Source: a virus (lineage: Duplodnaviria; Caudoviricetes). From it: a stretch of 58,251 bases of DNA. Positions within the stretch are counted from its first letter, which is position 1. Each line of letters opens with the position of its first letter. The DNA lies in the IMG/VR virus record IMGVR_UViG_3300044637_000534, positions 1 through 58,251 of that record; one strand, 5' to 3'. Positions 52,771-58,251 of this stretch are shown here, piece by piece. Both the position numbers and the translations under genes were made by a program. A model generated the notes under the pieces. That model was not told the DNA's origin. It saw only the letters and a program-made list of their open reading frames with translations, and did no database searches.

Positions 52771-53247
52771 TTACTTCGATGGTAACCGGAGAGCGTTGCG
52801 AAGAGTGGGATCAGAGAGCGCGCGTTCTTTCCAGCTCTCGAAGATCTTCACACCTTCCTCGCCGTTGAAGCGGTACTCGGTGTACTTAGACTTCTTGGTG
52901 AACTCGACGACTGGAATGTCCTGCTTGTCGTGGACATTCCAGCGAGGGATTTGTGGCTTGGCAACGAGGCGCAGCGGGGCGTGCAAAGCCTGGAGGAACG
53001 TGACGTTCGGCACTTCGATCCAGGCGTTGAGCGTGCCGCATCGGTACGGCATGAACGGGCGACCCAACTCCTTGGCGATCTGCCGTGCGAACACGACCAT
53101 GCCGTTGTTGGTCATGTACTCGGAGTGCCGCTGGAAGTGCATGGTGTTGTTCATGATCTCGATAGTGACGGAGCGAAGATCATTGGACAGCGTCAGATAT
53201 GTTGGTGGTAAGAGCGCGTTGATCTCACGCTCGGAAACGTGCTGCAT
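52771..53247 (-). CDS. Hypothetical protein
   Basis: AGGAGTAACC RBS. Confidence 0.75.
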   Translation of the reverse strand: MQHVSEREINALLPPTYLTLSNDLRSVTIEIMNNTMHFQRHSEYMTNNGMVVFARQIAKELGRPFMPYRCGTLNAWIEVPNVTFLQALHAPLRLVAKPQIPRWNVHDKQDIPVVEFTKKSKYTEYRFNGEEGVKIFESWKERALSDPTLRNALRLPSK

Positions 53248-53296
53248 CGGTTACTCCTAATAGTGATGGTGTAATGGTGTTGTGGTGTAATGGGGT

Positions 53297-53330
53297 GGCC
53301 CGCGCCACGAGGGGGGATCAGGCGCGGGCC
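53297..53330. terminator. GC hairpin downstream of AAA gene
   Basis: GGCCCGCGCC...GGCGCGGGCC; no clear U-tract. Confidence 0.4.
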
Positions 53331-53363
53331 GTCTCAATCGCAGGGGGAGATGCGCGTCTGCGA

Positions 53364-54443
53364 TTAAGCTGCGTGCAGCATGTTGACCAACGTCGCGTTG
53401 CGCGTGGCCCACTGGCTGAAGGCGTCAGTCATGACGATGGCCGGGATGCGCTGGCACACGGACTTGGCGAACGTGGCAGCGAACTCCTTGGGGAAGCGAT
53501 CGACATACTGGAGGACCGGCTTGGCCGTCTTGGCATCGACGCGGGCAGACAGCTCGTAGATGGCGAGCATACGCGCGTCAGGCTTGACCGGGATCTTGAT
53601 GTTGTCGGGATCGGCGATGATCTCGGCGAACTTGGGCAGCTCGTGACCCAGGCGGATGTGGGCGATGAGTTGCTGAGCGGACGCCTCGCCGATCATACCG
53701 GAGGCGAGCTCGATGGTGTTGCCGTCGGTCGGCAGATCACCCGATGGTGTGATGGACCGCAGGATGCGAGACAGCATGACCAGCGAGCGAGGCGTGCAGA
53801 ACGGACCCTGCTTCTCGGGCACCTTGCCCTCGAACACGACCTGCGGGTTGGATGCAGCGAACGCAACGAAGAGCGGCTCGACGCCGTTCTTGTTGGCCCA
53901 ATTCTCCCACGAGGTTACGTCGGGAGTAATCTCGACCTGCACACGACGGTTGATGACGAAATCGAACGACTTGGTGACACCGGAGCGATCCTGGCTGCGG
54001 TTGGATGCAGCGATGACCGTCCAGCCACGCGGCAGCTCCCACGGGCCAAGGCGGCGGTTGAGCAGCAGCTCGGCAGAGGCGCGCTTGACGTCAGCCTCGC
54101 CCTGACCGAACTCGTCGAGGAAGAGGATGCCGCGCTCGAATTCGTGCACGGGGCGACCGTCACGGGTGAGCATCCACGGCGGCATGGTGTAGGACGAGAC
54201 AGACAGGGTCGATGCACCGAAGGCGCGCTTCTCGGGGACCATGTAGCCCATGAGATCTGACGGCGTCTGCGTAGCGAGGAAGAGCGTCTGGAAGCCCCAC
54301 TCGAAGCCGTCGCGCTGGCTCATGAGTGCGCGCATCTGCTCGACCCACTCGGACTTGCCAAGGCCGGGCGATGACTGGAGCTCGATGGAGACGCCGCTGT
54401 CGAGAAGACCGGGCGCAATGGTGGTGAGATTATCGAAGTTCAT
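53364..54443 (-). CDS. MoxR-like AAA+ ATPase
   Basis: SPGLGKS Walker A, ILFLDEF Walker B, AASN sensor 1, NRR, TPRS sensor 2. Confidence 0.88.
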   Translation of the reverse strand: MNFDNLTTIAPGLLDSGVSIELQSSPGLGKSEWVEQMRALMSQRDGFEWGFQTLFLATQTPSDLMGYMVPEKRAFGASTLSVSSYTMPPWMLTRDGRPVHEFERGILFLDEFGQGEADVKRASAELLLNRRLGPWELPRGWTVIAASNRSQDRSGVTKSFDFVINRRVQVEITPDVTSWENWANKNGVEPLFVAFAASNPQVVFEGKVPEKQGPFCTPRSLVMLSRILRSITPSGDLPTDGNTIELASGMIGEASAQQLIAHIRLGHELPKFAEIIADPDNIKIPVKPDARMLAIYELSARVDAKTAKPVLQYVDRFPKEFAATFAKSVCQRIPAIVMTDAFSQWATRNATLVNMLHAA

Positions 54444-54478
54444 GGCGGTGGTTTCCTGTTATGGTGTGATGGTGGGAC

Positions 54479-54709
54479 TTACGCTTGGAAGTAATCGAAA
54501 TCGTTGGTGGCGATCTCTATTACTGTATCTCCGGTATTCCAGACCCGCTGCTGTTCGTGCTTTGGCAGCAGATCAAACAATTCCCGGTTGATGAGCAGAA
54601 CATTATGCTTTTTGTCCAGTAATGATACCACATTGTAACTGGGCATTTTACTGGGATCAACGTAGCGAAATATGCGGTTCGGCCCATTATGGGGTGTGAC
54701 GTTGCTCAA
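54479..54709 (-). CDS. Hypothetical protein, AT-richer than neighbours
   Basis: 76-aa ORF with a TTG start. Confidence 0.55.
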   Translation of the reverse strand: MSNVTPHNGPNRIFRYVDPSKMPSYNVVSLLDKKHNVLLINRELFDLLPKHEQQRVWNTGDTVIEIATNDFDYFQA

Positions 54710-54998
54710 GGATGGTCCTCGCTTCCTCTATTACTGACTGGAGACGGCGCATTACGGACTGACGCATTGCATCGTCACCGTTGATGACGTTGAGATCAGC
54801 GTGCGCGATCGACGCCATTAGGCTCTGCAGCTCGGTTACTTCCGCAGTAGCTGGCAGACTTTTGTATGCGGCACGGAAAGCGTTGTGCGCCTTGGGCGAG
54901 AACTGATCCTCGACCATGTTGTCGCGCGCCATGAGGTTGGCCGCAGTGCGAGCGTGATAGATCGGCTCGCGTTCATCGCGTTGCAGCTCGTACCTCAT
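54687..54998 (-). CDS. Hypothetical protein
   Basis: ATGA-coupled. Confidence 0.65.
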   Translation of the reverse strand: MRYELQRDEREPIYHARTAANLMARDNMVEDQFSPKAHNAFRAAYKSLPATAEVTELQSLMASIAHADLNVINGDDAMRQSVMRRLQSVIEEARTILEQRHTP

Positions 54999-55405
54999 GC
55001 CGCAGCCTCGGGTGTGTTGTCCTGCGCGGGTGCCTCGGTGATGACCGGGCGTCCCTTGGGCGCGTACTTCTTGGCGATCTCGGCAGCGCTCGCCTGCAGG
55101 TCAGCTTCCATCTGCGCGATGTTGACGGCGTTGTTACCGGTGCCACGCACAGCGCTGAACTGTCCGGCAAACGCAGAATAGTTAATGAGGTCGATCCAGG
55201 TGTCGCTCTTCGTCGGGCTCTCGACGGAGCGTGCGAGCTTCGTTGCGATGTGGAAGATGCACACCTCGAATGGCGAGACGTTACGATTGAGAAGTAACGA
55301 CGCCATGTTGGCGATGCGCTCGAAGCAAGGCTCGACGGGGCCATACTCCTGGCCACGCTCGCCAAGGATGCGGGCAGACGCAGAGATATAATCAGTGTGG
55401 TGCAT
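54995..55405 (-). CDS. DUF6378-like phage protein
   Basis: ERGQEYG...FERIA...KLAR...DTWIDLINYSA. Confidence 0.8.
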   Translation of the reverse strand: MHHTDYISASARILGERGQEYGPVEPCFERIANMASLLLNRNVSPFEVCIFHIATKLARSVESPTKSDTWIDLINYSAFAGQFSAVRGTGNNAVNIAQMEADLQASAAEIAKKYAPKGRPVITEAPAQDNTPEAAA

Positions 55406-55473
55406 GGAATACTCCTGTTGGGATTTATGTTGGCGGGGTCGCCACAGTTACTTGAGTAAGTAACAAGGTCGTC

Positions 55474-55908
55474 TCAGGTGCGGATCTGTCTCAAAAAATC
55501 CTGAGCACGCTGACGAGCTGCATCATCTTGGTGAATGAGCAGGTCTTTAATAATGTCAGCCGCAGCCTGTAGCTGGATGCGTAGTTCTTTGGTCTTATGC
55601 TCGAAGGGAGGGACCGTTTGTTTATGATCGGTTACTTCCGAAGGTACCCCCATCAGAGACAGGTCGATCAGGCGCTGCATCTTCTCTTGGAAACTTGTTG
55701 GTGCTTCCTCGGGAGACTTGGACGTCAGATCCTCGAGCTGCATTTCGAAGGCGGCAGCGATGGCTCGCAGGACCTTTGGACCTGCGGGTTGCTTGCCGAC
55801 TTCGATGCGTTGGACTGTTGCGTGATTGATGTATGCGCGCTTGGCCAGCTCATGTTGAGACCAGCCATGAATTACGCGCATTTGTCTGATCTTCGCGCCA
55901 ATACCCAT
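55474..55908 (-). CDS. XRE-family HTH transcriptional regulator
   Basis: IGAKIRQMR...WSQHELAKRA.I...VQRIEVG...LRAIAAAF. Confidence 0.85.
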   Translation of the reverse strand: MGIGAKIRQMRVIHGWSQHELAKRAYINHATVQRIEVGKQPAGPKVLRAIAAAFEMQLEDLTSKSPEEAPTSFQEKMQRLIDLSLMGVPSEVTDHKQTVPPFEHKTKELRIQLQAAADIIKDLLIHQDDAARQRAQDFLRQIRT

Positions 55909-55919
55909 GGGCAGTAATT

Positions 55920-55941
55920 TGTATAGTAAACTCGCTATACA
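55920..55941. promoter_or_regulatory. Palindromic operator upstream of XRE gene
   Basis: TGTATAG-N8-CTATACA in an AT-rich gap. Confidence 0.55.
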
Positions 55942-55946
55942 TTCAA

Positions 55947-56204
55947 TTACTGCGGCGTCCTGGTCGTGCTGTCAGCGGCGATCTTGGCCATAATAGCCAT
56001 GTCCATCTGCCGCATGAACTCTTCACGAGTGAGCCCGCCTGCGATCAGTTTACCTGCGAGTAACCCGCAGATGATGAGCGCGGCGACCCCAACATCGGCG
56101 TCGTGCTCTGCGACCATATCTGGGAGCTCCTCGACGATGAGGCCAGCAATGTGTGCAGAGTGAGTGAACTTCTCGAGTTGATCTTCGTCAATGATGGTCG
56201 TCAT
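55947..56204 (-). CDS. Hypothetical protein
   Basis: MTTIIDEDQ start, ATGA-coupled to the Cys-rich peptide gene. Confidence 0.7.
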   Translation of the reverse strand: MTTIIDEDQLEKFTHSAHIAGLIVEELPDMVAEHDADVGVAALIICGLLAGKLIAGGLTREEFMRQMDMAIMAKIAADSTTRTPQ

Positions 56205-56353
56205 GAGCACACCTCTGAGCAGTTGTTGTTCTTGTCGCAGCACACAGAGCAGACGATCACCTTGCCGTTGACGACGTAGGTGTGGGTGCTGCACGCAGCC
56301 CAGGCCGCAGTAGCGGTGAGCAGCGCGATGATGGTGATGGCCAGTCTCTTCAT
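56201..56353 (-). CDS. Secreted 6-Cys microprotein (not in ORF track)
   Basis: MKRLAITIIALLTATAAWA signal peptide plus ACSTHTYVVNGKVIVCSVCCDKNNNCSEVCS; GGAGGTAACC RBS. Confidence 0.8.
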   Translation of the reverse strand: MKRLAITIIALLTATAAWAACSTHTYVVNGKVIVCSVCCDKNNNCSEVCS

Positions 56354-56355
56354 GG

Positions 56356-56709
56356 TTACCTCCAGAAAGTAAGGATGGACTTCTTCACGGGTGCCGGGCG
56401 CAGGCCCAGCAGCGTCTCGCGGGCGTTGACAGATTGTTCGCGTGTCTCGACCTCGAGTGCTTTGATCGACAGCTCGTTACGCTGACGAGTAACTTCCTCG
56501 CGCTCCTGCACGAGCTTGCCGTAGTCATCGACCAGGCGGCGGGACGCAGCAGCGACAGCGCGCGAGAGCGTGGACTGCTGAGCGGGCGTGAGTGCGCTGA
56601 TATCGGCGTGCTGCAGCCGCTCGACGAGCTGCATGAGCGTGTCGTTGTCGGCGTCATCTTTGCCGAACACGGCGTCGGGGTGCTTATTGATCTTCGCGTT
56701 GAACGTCAT
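56356..56709 (-). CDS. Coiled-coil hypothetical protein
   Basis: AGGAGTAACCC RBS. Confidence 0.75.
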   Translation of the reverse strand: MTFNAKINKHPDAVFGKDDADNDTLMQLVERLQHADISALTPAQQSTLSRAVAAASRRLVDDYGKLVQEREEVTRQRNELSIKALEVETREQSVNARETLLGLRPAPVKKSILTFWR

Positions 56710-56712
56710 GGG

Positions 56713-56997
56713 TTACTCCTGAGAGTTGGGGAGGTAGACTTTGGTGACGTGGACGTCGGTGGTGTATGATTGCAGGCCGGAGAGTTCGCACCCGCCTATG
56801 TGTCGGGCTTCCTCTTCGCTCGAGGCGAGCACCATCACCTCGTGCTCAGAAGTGATGGTGCCCTGCACGAAGTAGTATCGCTTGCCGGGTACGCTGGATT
56901 GAAATGGGTCCTCGAACTCGTCGAGCAGGATGATGCCGTCTTTGTCGTCGCAGTCGCATGGTGTTGCGATGCCGCAGGTGGTGCAGATGTCGATCAT
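56713..56997 (-). CDS. Hypothetical protein with N-terminal Cys cluster
   Basis: CTTCG...CDC; GGAGAGTAAC RBS. Confidence 0.7.
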   Translation of the reverse strand: MIDICTTCGIATPCDCDDKDGIILLDEFEDPFQSSVPGKRYYFVQGTITSEHEVMVLASSEEEARHIGGCELSGLQSYTTDVHVTKVYLPNSQE

Positions 56998-57026
56998 TCG
57001 TTACTCTCCATGGTTACTGTTAGGCG

Positions 57027-57383
57027 TCACGACACTCTTCGTATCGGTATCGAAGAGAGCTCAGTCAGCGCGTTGTTCGCGCACGCTGATGCACGCTCTG
57101 CGGCGTTCTTTATGGCGTGCAGTCTGTCAAACATACTGCTGCCAAACGAGCCGCTATTATCCATGAGGCACTGCACGATGTAATTCACTTGGTTATTAGT
57201 GTCGTAAATTTGCGAGGCGATGAGGTTGAGATCATTCACTCGCACCAGCTTGAGAAACGGATAATTGAGGCTGACGAAGCGAGAGAGTGCGTCGACGACG
57301 TCTCTATTGTCGTAGCCGCCGAGTAGTAAAAGTAAGTGCGCTTCGATGACTTCGGGTTGTGATGGTGTTGGTTCGTCTGTCAT
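57027..57383 (-). CDS. Hypothetical protein
   Basis: ATGA-coupled; AT-richer. Confidence 0.65.
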   Translation of the reverse strand: MTDEPTPSQPEVIEAHLLLLLGGYDNRDVVDALSRFVSLNYPFLKLVRVNDLNLIASQIYDTNNQVNYIVQCLMDNSGSFGSSMFDRLHAIKNAAERASACANNALTELSSIPIRRVS

Positions 57384-57574
57384 TGGTCATCCCGGTAACG
57401 CTTGCCAGTAATCTTGCGGGCATCGTCGACGAACATCTTCCACCATTGGTAGAGATCGTCGTAGCTGGGCGGGCACCATGTACTAATGAGCGTCTCGCCG
57501 ACGTTGGGCATCTGCGCCAGGCGCTCGACGAGGATGATGTAGTTGGTGATGTGCGGCTTGAGTTCAGCGTCCAT
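57380..57574 (-). CDS. Hypothetical protein
   Basis: GGAGAGTAAC RBS. Confidence 0.7.
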   Translation of the reverse strand: MDAELKPHITNYIILVERLAQMPNVGETLISTWCPPSYDDLYQWWKMFVDDARKITGKRYRDDQ

Positions 57575-57576
57575 CG

Positions 57577-57816
57577 TTACTCTCCGAAGTGACGGTTGAG
57601 AAAATCACGCAGGGTGCGGATCTCTTCTTTGCTGAAGAGGAACCAGCCGTCGCGTGTGTATGGGTTGCCGTCGTCGTCCGTGCCGTCGTTCTCTACTTCG
57701 AGAAGTAACTCGTCGCCTCGAACCCGCAGGCTAAGACGCTCGCCCTGATCTTCAACGCAGTCGAAATCATCATCGAGCACGGGCTCACGAACGAATGAAA
57801 TGAATGGGTCGTTCAT
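57577..57816 (-). CDS. Acidic hypothetical protein
   Basis: MNDPFISFVREPV...; GAGGAG RBS. Confidence 0.7.
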   Translation of the reverse strand: MNDPFISFVREPVLDDDFDCVEDQGERLSLRVRGDELLLEVENDGTDDDGNPYTRDGWFLFSKEEIRTLRDFLNRHFGE

Positions 57817-57818
57817 CG

Positions 57819-57992
57819 TCACTCCTCCTCGAACCAATCGAACAACGCAGCAGCGCGCACATCGGTGATGAGCATACCGAGCGAGAGGATAGACACGAGG
57901 TCGTCGTACAATCCGCACAGCGAGACGGTGACGTAGATCATGTGCTCTCGCACACCGTTGAGATTACTGAAGCGAGGGATGAATGATCGCAT
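57819..57992 (-). CDS. Divergent allele of 187..360
   Basis: MRSFIPRFSNLNGVREHMIYVTVSLCGLYDDLVSILSLGMLITDVRAAALFDWFEEE. Confidence 0.7.
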   Translation of the reverse strand: MRSFIPRFSNLNGVREHMIYVTVSLCGLYDDLVSILSLGMLITDVRAAALFDWFEEE

Positions 57993-58006
57993 GTTACTCT
58001 CCGTGG

Positions 58007-58251
58007 TTACGCTGCGATGGTGTGATGGTGTAATGATGTGTTGTCATTGGCATCGTCGATCGTCTGACGCATCTCGCGCAGATCGAACGTGAGCACTTCA
58101 TCGTCGTCGATGGGGCGCAGCACGCTGCCGAAATAGAGTTGGTTCTTCTTCGTGAAAAACGGACGACCGAACCCGAGCAGGTCGAACAAACCATTCAACC
58201 GATCCTTCGTGGTCGGCGTCGGATAGCCGCAGAAGGACACACTCAGGATGT
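58007..58251 (-). CDS. Divergent allele of 375..773, 5'-truncated by window edge
   Basis: GSVLRPIDDDEVLTF versus GSKLRPVDDREVMTF in the left copy. Confidence 0.7.
   Translation of the reverse strand, partial: ILSVSFCGYPTPTTKDRLNGLFDLLGFGRPFFTKKNQLYFGSVLRPIDDDEVLTFDLREMRQTIDDANDNTSLHHHTIAA

Larger units (their letters stand above)
1..58251. mobile_element. Near-complete temperate tailed phage genome (podovirus-like), unit length ~57,632 bp
   Basis: Full complement of terminase, portal, capsid, tail, ejection, lysis, replication and integrase genes; no host housekeeping genes; ends overlap by 619 bp. Confidence 0.95.
57633..58251 (+). repeat. Imperfect terminal direct repeat, right copy
   Basis: Matches 1..619. 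Confidence 0.95.

Overview
The window is an essentially complete, GC-rich temperate tailed-phage genome of about 57.6 kb. It is podovirus-like: there is no tape measure, it has large ejection proteins, and spanins imply a Gram-negative host, possibly an alphaproteobacterium (inference). The ends are 619-bp imperfect direct repeats. Layout: a leftward early/accessory operon wrapping the ends (50.2-58.2 kb and 1-3.1 kb); a non-coding control region with a probable attP; integrase and excisionase; an inverted terminase pair; a rightward morphogenesis/lysis operon (7.6-37.2 kb); and a leftward replication operon (37.1-50.1 kb: primase-helicase, SNF2 helicase, nucleases, dCMP deaminase, PolA). The most striking unexplained signal is a bipartite motif, GTWAC-N7(6-9)-GTWAC (best form GTTACT-N5-AGTAAC). 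It occurs dozens of times genome-wide, fused to stop codons and ribosome-binding sites in the leftward operons and written into coding sequence with A/T-ending codons that look uncommon here. The phage also encodes a stand-alone OmpR-type winged-helix protein that could read it. Other leads are a second 8-bp tandem motif (ACACCATC), a family of proteins sharing a GG motif, three fibre+chaperone cassettes, candidate structured RNAs and an attenuator, and a secreted Cys-rich microprotein. All family names come from motif recognition by eye, not database searches.
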